A stretch of 64,000 nucleotides of DNA from an uncultured Acidobacteriota bacterium (GTDB lineage: Bacteria; Acidobacteriota; Blastocatellia; Pyrinomonadales; Pyrinomonadaceae). The notes beneath the pieces are model-generated. The model made no database searches. It saw nothing but the letters and a program-made list of their open reading frames with translations, and had not been told where the DNA came from. Both the position numbers and the translations under genes were made by a program. The DNA lies in the NCBI GenBank assembly GCA_963766895.1, contig CAVYCB010000011.1, positions 24,333-88,332 of the forward strand, given 5' to 3'. Below are positions 49,114 to 59,216 of the stretch, in pieces; within the stretch, counting starts at the first letter, position 1, and each line of letters begins with the position of its first letter.

Positions 49114-51444
49114 CTATTGACGGCATTGTTCCACGGATTCGATCCCCGGGCTGATGAAATTACGAAATACCTGGAATGCCTCCCTGTTTTGCGTGTCCGC
49201 TTTTTGTCCGCCTTCGCTCACGCGGACCGGCCTGCAGGCCGAGTCCCAAACCGTGTTTATATTTTGTTTTTGTGCCGGGGTCAGGTGCCAGCTCAGAGGC
49301 GCCAACTCGTTCTCGGTTTCCGGAAGATATTGAAAGACCGTTTTTTCTATTTGGTATTCTTTGTGCCTCCAGTAACGCAGAAAAAGTTTTATTTCAGATT
49401 CATTTCGCGCCAGCTGAACGGAGCTTCTTATGTTCCACAAGGTGCGGGCAGGCGCCATCGCCTGCGCGAACCATCCGCTGCCGATATCGCAATTTCTTTT
49501 GTCGCGCCGGCATTTGTCTTCGTCAAAAACATTATCCGCCACGATCTGAACGATCAGTATTTTCGGTGGTATCTCTTCTTTTGGACTCGTGCACAGCGCT
49601 TCATCGAGCCAATCCAGTAAACTCGAGACACCGTAATTTTCATTGTAACCGCCGTCGACAAAATGCGAGCTTTCAAGAGTTTCAGGCGCCGGATCTTTCA
49701 TATTTGCCGCCGGGCTGACGTATCCGAACGAAGCGGACAACCGCACGGCCGAAGTTATCTTGATGTCTTTATTTTCAAAAACGTTATAAAAGCTGTTCCA
49801 GCCCTTGAACAGGATCACGTGTCCGTTGTCATCGCTGCAGGGAGAAATTTTTTCAGGCCGTTCGGTATCCGAGGTTGGAAAAATAAATTTGTCGCCGGTT
49901 TCCGCCACGGTCGAATTAAATATCACCGCCGGACGCTTTCCGTTTCTGGCATCTTCCCGCCAGGAAGAAAGATATCCGTTCAAGCTCTCGGCGGCCGCGG
50001 CGTCGCCGCCGCCTTTTTTGAGGTTATCCAGCCACGATCTTTCCAGGGCATTTCCCCTGTCCTGAAGATCTAAAAAATTAAAGATCCTGAAATTACGCGC
50101 GAAATCGGCGTACACCAGCCCGCCCACGATATAATCGAGGCTCGAGTCCTCGGCCAGTTTTACGATCTCTTCGTTCTTTAACTTTTCGCTGTCCAAACGG
50201 CCGTCGCTGTAGCTGTTCACAAAGAACATCGTTCCCACACTTCCACCGGAAACGGAACTTATCAGGGTTATTGCTTTTTCGCATCCTTTGTCGCTGCTAT
50301 CCAGTTTCTTGCACTCCCTGACAAGCTCGCTTAGCACTTTGGCGGTCCATGCAGCTGCCTGAATACCGCCCCCGTTGGTAGCCACAACAATAATGTAAGG
50401 ATGGTCTTTTTTGCTTTTGATCAGTTCGGCCGGCGGCAATTTGTTGTTTTGGGCAATCGGGCGGGCGTCGTAGTGGTGGCGGGGGCTGGCAAAAGCAAGT
50501 ATCACCGCTACCGCTATCAATGTCGGGATACGATAGCGGTCGAAGAAAAAAGCAAATCCCGAAAAAATAGCGCACAACAAGGTCAGCAGCATTAACACGT
50601 AACTGATGGACGTTACTTGCATATCTGCTTGAAAAAGCAGAGATTTATTAGGCATGTAGCTGTAGTACCAAAGCAGGAAGCCGCCGATGTAAATAACCAG
50701 GAATACCGCCAGCATTACGGTGGAAAAAATATGTCCCGGGAGAATTTTTACGGTGTTCCCTTTTCTGATGAGATACCCTTCGCCGAAAGTTTCGGGAAGT
50801 TTTGCCAGCCGCCTTTCCAGCCATTTGATAAATCTGATATCGCGCGCGTGAGGATTTCTTTCGCGCCGGGCCATATGCCTATAGAGCCGGTTGGAAAAAG
50901 GAATGAGCATATTTTCAGTGCTAAGCTCTTCCCCTTCCGGAAAAATATTCAGCCATAGTTGAACCACGTCTACTAGCACCAGCATCGCAAAAGCAAAGAC
51001 CGCTCCCGATACCGCGCCCAGTACCCGCAGCCACATGTTGCTGCCTTCCAACCAAAAAATACCCGCGAATAATATTAAAGGAGCCAGGCAGCCCGCGAAA
51101 AAAATGGCCTGGTTAAAAATTTTGCTTTCTGTAAAGCTCAGGTTGATGCGGCGCCCCAGTTGAAATCTCATACCGCCGTACATCAGTGTCATCCTCAGGA
51201 GCGTGACCGCGGTCCACGCCAGTGTGTAAGAGAAGAAAGAGCACCAAAACACATTGCAAAATGTCGGAAGATCGAATAATCCTTCAAGCAGGGTTCTGCC
51301 TATTCCGCAGACAAAAACCAACACGCTGAAAAGGCTCACGAATAAAAGAGCCAGTAATTGGAATCTGATCAGATATATCAGATTCAAAACATTCAGTGTC
51401 ACATAGGAAGCATTCAACAAAAACCGGAACAGCATGCGAAACAT
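49114..51444 (-). CDS. polytopic membrane protein fused to a patatin/cPLA2-like lipase domain
   Basis: About 330 aa with roughly eight hydrophobic helices, then VATNGGGIQAAAW (oxyanion GGG), ISSVSGGSVG (nucleophile Ser) and FVDGGYNENYG (Asp of the dyad). Confidence 0.7.
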   Translation of the reverse strand: MFRMLFRFLLNASYVTLNVLNLIYLIRFQLLALLFVSLFSVLVFVCGIGRTLLEGLFDLPTFCNVFWCSFFSYTLAWTAVTLLRMTLMYGGMRFQLGRRINLSFTESKIFNQAIFFAGCLAPLILFAGIFWLEGSNMWLRVLGAVSGAVFAFAMLVLVDVVQLWLNIFPEGEELSTENMLIPFSNRLYRHMARRERNPHARDIRFIKWLERRLAKLPETFGEGYLIRKGNTVKILPGHIFSTVMLAVFLVIYIGGFLLWYYSYMPNKSLLFQADMQVTSISYVLMLLTLLCAIFSGFAFFFDRYRIPTLIAVAVILAFASPRHHYDARPIAQNNKLPPAELIKSKKDHPYIIVVATNGGGIQAAAWTAKVLSELVRECKKLDSSDKGCEKAITLISSVSGGSVGTMFFVNSYSDGRLDSEKLKNEEIVKLAEDSSLDYIVGGLVYADFARNFRIFNFLDLQDRGNALERSWLDNLKKGGGDAAAAESLNGYLSSWREDARNGKRPAVIFNSTVAETGDKFIFPTSDTERPEKISPCSDDNGHVILFKGWNSFYNVFENKDIKITSAVRLSASFGYVSPAANMKDPAPETLESSHFVDGGYNENYGVSSLLDWLDEALCTSPKEEIPPKILIVQIVADNVFDEDKCRRDKRNCDIGSGWFAQAMAPARTLWNIRSSVQLARNESEIKLFLRYWRHKEYQIEKTVFQYLPETENELAPLSWHLTPAQKQNINTVWDSACRPVRVSEGGQKADTQNREAFQVFRNFISPGIESVEQCRQ

Positions 51445-51608
51445 ATATACCTCCGTGCGATCCTACAAGTTGAAAAGCGTTGTATATGTAATATGAGAAT
51501 TTGTCCTAAAACCTTACAGTAAAGTTAAATTAGAAATAAGATAACACCCTGTGTTAAATTATATTCGCAAATATAAGGCAATTTTATATACTTATAAGAC
51601 TCAATACT

Positions 51609-53294
51609 ATGGTTTCACGTATCGAACAATTAGAATCGGCCGCGCAGGAAGAAAAAGCCCGCTGGGAAGAAAAAACGCTTCAGCCGGTATTGGACAAAAA
51701 GCCTGAGAGAAAACAAAAGTTCGAAGGCGTTTCGCTCGAGCCGGTCGAACGCCTGTACACCAGCGCCGACACCGAAGGCATCACCGCCAGGGAAGACATC
51801 GGTTTTCCCGGTGAATTTCCCTACACGCGCGGCATTCACCCGACCGGCTATCGCGGCAAACTCTGGACGATGCGCCAGTTCGCCGGGTTCTCTTCGCCTG
51901 AGGAAACCAATCGCCGTTTTAAATATTTAATGGCACAGGGACAAACCGGCCTCTCGGTTGCTTACGACCTGCCGGCCCTGATGGGCCTCGATGCCGATTC
52001 ACCGATGTCCGAAGGCGAGGTCGGCAAATGCGGTGTGGCGGTCTCTTCCCTGGCCGATTTTGAAGTGCTCTTTGACGGCATCTCGCTCGAAGACGTGACG
52101 GTTTCGCAAACCATCAACGCCCCGGCCTGGATCCTGCTGGCGATGTACCTGGTGGTGGCGGAAAAACAAGGCGCGGACTTTAAGAAAATTTCCGGCACGC
52201 TGCAAAACGATATCTTAAAAGAATATATCGCGCAGAAAGAATGGATCTATCCGATCAAACCGGCGATGAAACTGGTCATCGACACCTTTGAGTATTGTGC
52301 GAAACACGTGCCGAAATACAATCCTATTTCCGTCAGCGGCTATCACATTCGCGAAGCGGGTTCGACGGCCCTGCAGGAGATGGCATTCACGCTGCGCGAT
52401 GGTGTCGAATACGTTCAGTACGGCGTTGACCGCGGAATGAACGTGGATGAATTTGTGCCGCGCATTTCTTTTTTCTTTAATGCGCACAACGACTTTTTTG
52501 AAGAGATCGCCAAGTACCGGGCCGCCCGCATCGTCTGGGCAAAAACCATGCGCGACCGCTTTGGCGCAAAAGACCCGCGCACGATGCAGATGCGTTTTCA
52601 TACACAGACGGCCGGAGTTTCCCTGACCGTGCAGCAGCCGCTCAATAACATCGCCCGGGTGGCGATCCAGGCGCTGGCCGGCGTACTGGGCGGTACGCAA
52701 TCGCTGCATACTGATTCCTATGACGAAGCGCTCGCGCTGCCGACCGACCAGGCCGCGCTGATAGCGCTGCGCACACAGCAGATCATCGCCGAGGAAACCG
52801 GCGTGATAAACACCGTCGACCCGCTCGGCGGAAGCTGGTATTTGGAATCGCTGACCGAAAAGATGGAAGAAGGCTGTTTTGATTATTTCGACAAGATCGA
52901 CAGCTTCGGCGGCATGGTCGAAGCTATCGAAGCCGGATTTCCGCAGCGCGAAATACAGGAGTCTGCCTACCAATATCAAAAGGCCCTCGAGCGTAAAGAG
53001 CAAACCATTGTCGGCGTCAACAAATACGCGATGGAAAATGAATTCTCCCGGGTGGAAACGCTCGTCATTGACGAAGGCGTGCGCGATCACCAGGTCGAAA
53101 GGTTGGAACGAGTCAAATCGACACGTGACAGAGGCGCCGTAGCGAACGCTCTGGAAGCTCTCAAGCAAGCTTCAGTAAGAAATGAAAACCTAATGCCTGC
53201 AACGATTAATGCCGTCAGCGCTTATGCAACTATTGAAGAAATAAGCACCGCCTTGAGAGACGTGTACGGCATCTATGAAGAGCCGGCCTTTTGA
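51609..53294 (+). CDS. B12-dependent acyl-CoA mutase, large (substrate-binding) subunit; isobutyryl-CoA-mutase-like signature
   Basis: [69 protein letters not shown] and [11 protein letters not shown]. Confidence 0.9.
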   Translation: MVSRIEQLESAAQEEKARWEEKTLQPVLDKKPERKQKFEGVSLEPVERLYTSADTEGITAREDIGFPGEFPYTRGIHPTGYRGKLWTMRQFAGFSSPEETNRRFKYLMAQGQTGLSVAYDLPALMGLDADSPMSEGEVGKCGVAVSSLADFEVLFDGISLEDVTVSQTINAPAWILLAMYLVVAEKQGADFKKISGTLQNDILKEYIAQKEWIYPIKPAMKLVIDTFEYCAKHVPKYNPISVSGYHIREAGSTALQEMAFTLRDGVEYVQYGVDRGMNVDEFVPRISFFFNAHNDFFEEIAKYRAARIVWAKTMRDRFGAKDPRTMQMRFHTQTAGVSLTVQQPLNNIARVAIQALAGVLGGTQSLHTDSYDEALALPTDQAALIALRTQQIIAEETGVINTVDPLGGSWYLESLTEKMEEGCFDYFDKIDSFGGMVEAIEAGFPQREIQESAYQYQKALERKEQTIVGVNKYAMENEFSRVETLVIDEGVRDHQVERLERVKSTRDRGAVANALEALKQASVRNENLMPATINAVSAYATIEEISTALRDVYGIYEEPAF

Positions 53295-53549
53295 TGTTTA
53301 TTATCCTCCGATGATAACTTCCACCTTAGCTTGATCAAACCCGGTCAAAGTCACAATTAGATGGATGGAAATGTTCATTGCAATAAAAAACCCAACGGTC
53401 TTTATACGACAAGTTAAGATGTATTTTCGGTTCCTCCGACATGCTATAATCCGCAGAGATTTTTTATAAAATTATCATGATGAAGTAAAAGAAAAGCTAG
53501 CAGCTATTAGCTTATAGCTGACAGCGCTTTCTTACTCCTATATTACTTT

Positions 53550-53924
53550 ATGCAAGATTTTAGAAACTTAAAAGTCTGGCAAAAGGCCCACGAGCTGGCT
53601 TTGTTGATTTACCGGACGACCGCGGATTTTCCTCGAGACGAGCTTTTCGGCTTGCGAAATTCGTTAAGAAAAACAAGCGTTGAAATTCCCGCTTACATTT
53701 CCGAAGGCTGTGGTAAACCTTCCGATGCGGAATTCAAGAAAAGCCTTTCCGCAGCGTTGGCTTTCGCCAATAGGCTTGAATATTATTCACTGATAGCTTT
53801 TGATCTAAAGATATTGAGCGAATCTAATCACGGCCAAGTAGCATCTGAGATAGTTGAAGTAAAAAAAGATGCTCAGTGTTTTCACTCAGAAACTACATTG
53901 AGATATGGTCATATTGTCTTTTAG
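53550..53924 (+). CDS. four-helix-bundle protein (23S rRNA intervening-sequence protein / Avd-like family)
   Basis: FRNLKVWQKAHELALLIYRTTADFPRDELFGLRNSLRKTSVEIPAYISEG. Confidence 0.8.
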   Translation: MQDFRNLKVWQKAHELALLIYRTTADFPRDELFGLRNSLRKTSVEIPAYISEGCGKPSDAEFKKSLSAALAFANRLEYYSLIAFDLKILSESNHGQVASEIVEVKKDAQCFHSETTLRYGHIVF

Positions 53925-53979
53925 GAGTAAAATAATAGCTATAAGCTAATGGCTTTTAATAATTATTCTTAACAGACAA

Positions 53980-54810
53980 ATGGAACTTTTGTTCAAGCCA
54001 CAAGATATTGCCATTCCTATTTTCGCTTTAACGATAGCGATCGAGGCCTGGTATGACTGGCGGAAAAAGTCTGAAAAATATTCCCGGCGTGATATGTGGA
54101 CAAACATCGCCCTGGGATTTGTCAGTGCGGGATTCGGCGCTTTGTTCGGTATCATCCTGACTTTCTTTTACACCCTGTTTTACGATCTGGCGCCATATAA
54201 AATGCCGCTGACCACTTGGTGGCCCTGGCTTATCCTGATTCTGGGCGACGATTTTGCCTATTACTGGTTTCATCGTATGAGCCACGAATCGCGCCTGCTA
54301 TGGAACCTGCACGTCGTTCATCACTCGAGCGAGCATTTCAATCTGAGCGTGGCCGTGCGGCAGAGCTGGTTCGGTAATCTGTTGAATTGGGTGTTTTATA
54401 TTCCGCTCGGGTTTTTAGGTTTTCCGCTGTGGGCTTTTGTAACGGTCCATGGTTTTAATCTGATCTACCAGTATTGGATACACACGCCGTTCGTCAAAAC
54501 ACTCGGCCCGCTGGAATATGTATTGAACACGCCTTCGCATCACCGGGTGCACCACGCGGTAAATCCGATCTATCTGGATAAGAACTATGCGGGAGTATTT
54601 ATCATCTGGGACAGAGTGTTCGGCTCGTTCCAAAAGGAAACCGAAGAACCGCGCTACGGCATCATCAAACCGATCAAGAGTTTTAACTGGGTGTGGATAA
54701 ATACACATGCGTGGGTTGAGATGTGGGAAGCGATGAAAGAACGAAAAACCTTGTTCGGCAAATTGCGCTGTATCTTTGCCTCGCCTAATATGGATTTCGT
54801 TGAGAAATAA
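53980..54810 (+). CDS. fatty-acid hydroxylase / sterol desaturase superfamily membrane protein, alkylglycerol-monooxygenase-like
   Basis: His boxes HRMSHESRLLWNLHVVHHSSEH and LNTPSHHRVHHAVNPIYLDKNYAGVFIIWDRVFGSF. Confidence 0.7.
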   Translation: MELLFKPQDIAIPIFALTIAIEAWYDWRKKSEKYSRRDMWTNIALGFVSAGFGALFGIILTFFYTLFYDLAPYKMPLTTWWPWLILILGDDFAYYWFHRMSHESRLLWNLHVVHHSSEHFNLSVAVRQSWFGNLLNWVFYIPLGFLGFPLWAFVTVHGFNLIYQYWIHTPFVKTLGPLEYVLNTPSHHRVHHAVNPIYLDKNYAGVFIIWDRVFGSFQKETEEPRYGIIKPIKSFNWVWINTHAWVEMWEAMKERKTLFGKLRCIFASPNMDFVEK

Positions 54811-54823
54811 CGAAATATACATT

Positions 54824-55558
54824 ATGAGAAAAAGTTTACGTTTGGCTGCCTTGTTCCTTCCGGCTTTGTTTCTGATCACAACCGCAATTTCGGCCCAAAC
54901 GATCACGGTCACCCCGGTAAGATCGAACTACCGGCGGCCGAAACCTATCACGCCTTATAAAAAGACGTTTACGGTTATCCGTCCAAAGGTTAAGGGCGTC
55001 GCGGCGGCGCTGGCAAAAAAGATCGAAACCACGATCGGCTACGAAAAGAATTTCGACTTCAGTGTGCAGGAAGAGATCAAAGAGATCCAGTGGCTGGAAG
55101 AAGCAAGCTTTGATGTTGACTATAACAAACGCGGAATTCTCGGCGTCAGCCTCACGGTCGAAGGCAGCGGCGCTTATCCCGACGGATCAACCAAACCGGT
55201 CGTGGTAAATATCAAAACCGGAAACCGCGTTTTGCCGCAGGACGTTTTCACCAATCTGAGCGGGCTGGCCGCCAAAGCAAAAGTAAAACAACAGGCGGAA
55301 ATCAAGCAGGGCCTGGCCGATATCAAAAAAGAAGAACCCGATGCCGAGAGCCCGGAAAATCTGTTTGAGAGTGCCGATTTTACCGCCGAGGGCCTGAAAG
55401 AGTTCTCCGTCAGCGACAAAGGCGTGACTTTTTGGTACGACTACGGCTTTCCTCACGTGATCCAGGCGATGGAACCAGAAGGGCGGTATTCTTTCACCTG
55501 GGCGGAGCTAAAACCATATATCAAACAGGACGGCTTGTTTGCGCAGTTCATTCGCTAA
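54824..55558 (+). CDS. secreted DUF3298/RsiV-like domain protein
   Basis: The internal ATG at 54824 gives a signal peptide (MRKSLRLAALFLPALFLITTAISAQ). The C-terminal KGVTFWYDYGFPHVIQAMEPEG resembles DUF3298. Confidence 0.5.
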   Translation: MRKSLRLAALFLPALFLITTAISAQTITVTPVRSNYRRPKPITPYKKTFTVIRPKVKGVAAALAKKIETTIGYEKNFDFSVQEEIKEIQWLEEASFDVDYNKRGILGVSLTVEGSGAYPDGSTKPVVVNIKTGNRVLPQDVFTNLSGLAAKAKVKQQAEIKQGLADIKKEEPDAESPENLFESADFTAEGLKEFSVSDKGVTFWYDYGFPHVIQAMEPEGRYSFTWAELKPYIKQDGLFAQFIR

Positions 55559-55573
55559 TATAATTAATAGTTT

Positions 55574-55978
55574 ATGACCGAGAGAAAGATTCGAGTATTG
55601 GTAGCCAAACCCGGGCTGGACGGACACGACCGCGGCGCGAAAGTGATCGCCCGCGCTTTGCGCGACGCCGGTATGGAAGTTATTTACACCGGCCTGCGGC
55701 AGACGCCGGAAATGATCGCCGCTGCCGCGCTGCAGGAGGACGTGGATGCGGTAGGCATTTCGATCTTAAGCGGCGCGCACAACACTCTTTGCCCGCGGAT
55801 CGTGGAACTGCTGCGCAGCAACGGCATGGACGACACGCTGGTGCTGGTCGGCGGCATCGTACCGCAGGAAGATATTCCGATCTTAAAACAGAACGGCATA
55901 TCCGAAGTCTTTCTTCCCGGCACGTCCACCGAAGATATCGTCACTTTCCTGCGCGAGAATGTGAAAGATAAAAACTAG
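55574..55978 (+). CDS. acyl-CoA mutase small subunit (cobalamin-binding domain)
   Basis: [34 protein letters not shown], containing the DxHxxG B12-binding motif. Confidence 0.9.
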   Translation: MTERKIRVLVAKPGLDGHDRGAKVIARALRDAGMEVIYTGLRQTPEMIAAAALQEDVDAVGISILSGAHNTLCPRIVELLRSNGMDDTLVLVGGIVPQEDIPILKQNGISEVFLPGTSTEDIVTFLRENVKDKN

Positions 55979-55998
55979 CCCGGAAGATCGCCGCCCCT

Positions 55999-56602
55999 TT
56001 GCTAAGAGATAAAAACAACAAACTGTTGGTTACCCTGGTATTCAGGGAAGGCGAAGGCCTGTACGTCAACTTTGTCCAGCCTGAGATACGCAACCCTCTT
56101 TCCGTCTCCGTATTGCAATTTCTGCACGGTGTGATGGACAACGCCATGCCCCGGCAAATGGACAACATCATTTTTACCGGAAAGAACGACGTCTTTGCTT
56201 CGGGCGCTAATTTGAACGAGATCGCCGGGGTGACCGCGGAACTGGCCTCGGCGTTCGCCTTTATGGGACAGTCGCTGATGAAGAAGATCGCGCAGGCGCG
56301 GCAAACAACTGTCGCCGCCATTAATGGGTATTGTTTTGGCGGCGCCCTTGATCTCGCGTTGGCCTGTGACAAGAGGATCGCTTCACCGACTGCCGTGTTC
56401 TGCCATCCGGGCGTAAACCTGGGGATCATTACCGGATGGGGCGGAACGCAGCGGCTTCCCCGGTTGATCGGTGAAGCAAAGGCGCTGGAAATGTTTTTGA
56501 CCGCGCGGCAGGTTATCGCGGACGAAGCGCTGCAAATGGGGCCTCATCGATAAGATCTCGGAAAACTTTCGCAAGGAAATTGCCGAACTCGCCGAAAATT
56601 AA
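55999..56602 (+). pseudogene. short enoyl-CoA hydratase/isomerase-family protein, one frameshift near the 3' end
   Basis: AAINGYCFGGALDLALACDKRIA crotonase motif. After about 56540 the frame shifts to LIDKISENFRKEIAELAEN, with a stop at 56600..56602. Confidence 0.65.
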
Positions 56603-56620
56603 TAAACTCATTTAGCCTTT

Positions 56621-58458
56621 ATGAAATTTCGTGATGAGCTGAAATGGATCATTCCAATAGCAGCGATTTGCCTGCTGGCTTTTGCCAATTCACTCGGCGG
56701 TGAATTTGTTTATGACGACCTGCGGCAGATCGTCCGCAACCCGTTGATCCAGGATGATTCTCTGATCTGGAAAGCGCTGACCTCAGATGTCTGGGCATTT
56801 AAGGCCTACGGGACCGCCGCGGCAAGCAATTATTGGCGGCCGACCTTCACGCTCTGGCATATCCTGAATTTCAGGCTCTTCGGCGCGGAACCCTACGGCT
56901 GGCATGTGATGAATCTGCTGCTTCACACCGGTGTCTGTGTGCTTTCGTATTTTCTCATGCGCCGCTGGGCGATAACGCCGATGATCGCCTGCGCAGTCGC
57001 TTTGATCTTTGCGGTCCATCCCGTTCACGTCGAATCAGTGGCCTGGGTTTCTGGTTCACCGGACCTGCTTTTTGCTTTGGCGTTTTTAGGTTCGCTTTGG
57101 TTCGCGCAAAACTACGCGGATAAAAATAAAACGAAAGATCTGATCATTTCCCTGCTGCTTTATGCCGCCGCGCTGGGAGCAAAAGAGATCGGGATACTAT
57201 GCCTGCCGATCTACTTTGTAATTTTTTATCGCGGAGAAAAGAAAAAGAACGCCTCATTTTTTGACGCCCGCATTTTCTTTTGTCGCCCCTTTTATCGCTG
57301 TCGCAGCCGTTTATTTTTTCAGCCGGCTTTTTGTTCTCGGCATGTTTTCCAGTCCCCCCGACGGCGCCGCCGGTTTTGGCGAGGCTATTTTAAGCGTGCC
57401 TGAGATATTCGCGTTTTACCTGCGCCAGATATTTTTTCCGTACTGGCAAAGCGTCAACTACCCGCTGCAAACGGTTTCGCAGATCGGCGTGATGAATTTT
57501 GTCTTGCCGCTGATCATCTCGCTGGCTGTGTTGGGCGGAGTCTGTTATCTTGCCCGGCGTTCAAGGGTTACGCTGATCGCTGCAATGTTGTTTATCCTGC
57601 CGCTCGTTCCGGTGATGAACGCGAGATTCTTTCCGCCGGGCCAACTCGTTCATGACCGTTATTTATATTTGCCGCTGCTGGGAATTTTGATGCTGATGGC
57701 GCTTCACGCGGCCACGTTCATAAAAGAAAAATATATTTTAACGGCGGGCGCTATTATAAGCTTACTTCTGTGTTTTCAGACATTTACGTATAACACGGCG
57801 TGGACGAATGAGCTTGCGCTGTGGTCCTGGAGCGCGCGTATCGACCGCGGGCGCCGATACCCTCTCTCAGTACGGCAGCGAGTTATCGGAAAGAGGGAAA
57901 ATAGATGAAGCGATCCAGGTTTACAGCGAATCGCTTAACGACCGGCCGCTGGCGCGCAGTTACCTGGGACGCGGGCGGAACCTGGTGCTGAAAAAGAAAT
58001 ATGCCGAGGCTGAAAAAGATCTTGGAGCGATCTTGCAGCTCCCGCCGGAAAAGCTTGAGCTTTACGTTTTGTATCAAACTTACGAAGCGTTGGCGATTAG
58101 CTACAGCGACCAGAAAAAATATGTCGAGGCTGTTGAAATGCTCAGAGAGGCGCGGAAACAATTGCCGATGTTTGGCGCTTCGCTAACCGCCAACCTGGCG
58201 ATCGTTTTATATCAGAGCGGCCAAAAAGAAGAGGCTTTGCGAGAGCTGGAAAATGTTCGCGCGCAAGCCCGCACGGAATTGCTTCCCGAAGCGAAATCGA
58301 TCTTTTTAAGGTTGGGGATGCTTTATGCCGAGCTTGGCAGGAAAGATGACGCGCGCAGTGCCGTTCGCGAGTATTTGAATTTGACCGCATCTTTCAAAGA
58401 CAAAACGACGCTGGAAGACCGCACCGCCGCGGCCAATTTATTGAAAAGTTTGAACTGA
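56621..58458 (+). pseudogene. TMTC/PMT-like membrane glycosyltransferase with C-terminal TPR repeats, two frameshifts as sequenced
   Basis: Three consecutive overlapping ORFs (56621..57403, 57261..57908, 57808..58458). N-terminal GGEFVYDDLRQIVRNPLI and multiple TM helices are followed by TPR-like repeats. Confidence 0.7.
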
Positions 58459-58460
58459 GG

Positions 58461-59216
58461 TTATTTCTTCAGAAATTTCGCGATGCCTTTTTTGCAGTCT
58501 TCTGTCTGGCGGGCGATGGTATTTATCTCAGCGCCGAATTGCATCGAGGCCGTAAAATCTTTTCCGTCAATGCTGTACATCAATCTTTTCGAAAGCATCA
58601 CCGCCGACCTGCTTACTTTTGAATAAACGGAAACGTATTCTTTGACGTCATTTTCAAAATTCTCATCCGCGAAAACGCGATTTATCAATCCCATTTCGAG
58701 CGCTTCGCCAGCGCTAAATTCAAATCCCTGGGTGATCAATTCAAAAGTTCTTTTCTCCGAAAGATTACGGCGCAAAATGGCGGCTACCATTGCCGGCACG
58801 AAGCCGATCTTCACTTCCGGATAACCAAAGCGGGCTGACTTCGCCGCCAACACCAGATCGCAGGCCGTCGCCAAACCGCATCCCCCGGCCAGAGCGCGCC
58901 CGTGGACGGCGGCGATCACCGGCACCTGTACTTTTCGCATCAACAAAAAAAGCTCCATCAGATTTTCCGCATCCGCCAGATTCTCCATCGTCGAGCTTTC
59001 AGATATCTTTTGCAGCGCAGACAGATCCGCCCCGGAGCAAAAATCCGAACCCGCGCCGCGAATTACGATCGCCCGCAGATCATCTGCGGCATCCGCTTCC
59101 CGCAGCGCCGCCTTCAATTCCCCGATAAGCTCATCGTTAAGAGCATTGCGCTTTTCCGGGCGATTCAATGTAATGAACCGGATCGAATCTTCAGTTGTGA
59201 CAATGACGTTAGACAT
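58461..59216 (-). CDS. enoyl-CoA hydratase/isomerase
   Basis: ITLNRPEKRNAL...VIRGAGSDFCSGADL...AAVHGRALAGGCGLATACD. Confidence 0.85.
   Translation of the reverse strand: MSNVIVTTEDSIRFITLNRPEKRNALNDELIGELKAALREADAADDLRAIVIRGAGSDFCSGADLSALQKISESSTMENLADAENLMELFLLMRKVQVPVIAAVHGRALAGGCGLATACDLVLAAKSARFGYPEVKIGFVPAMVAAILRRNLSEKRTFELITQGFEFSAGEALEMGLINRVFADENFENDVKEYVSVYSKVSRSAVMLSKRLMYSIDGKDFTASMQFGAEINTIARQTEDCKKGIAKFLKK

Noticed and set aside
51445-51608. Cobalamin riboswitch upstream of the B12-dependent mutase
   Set aside because: The 164-nt AT-rich leader contains no B12-box-like sequence or GC-rich paired elements.
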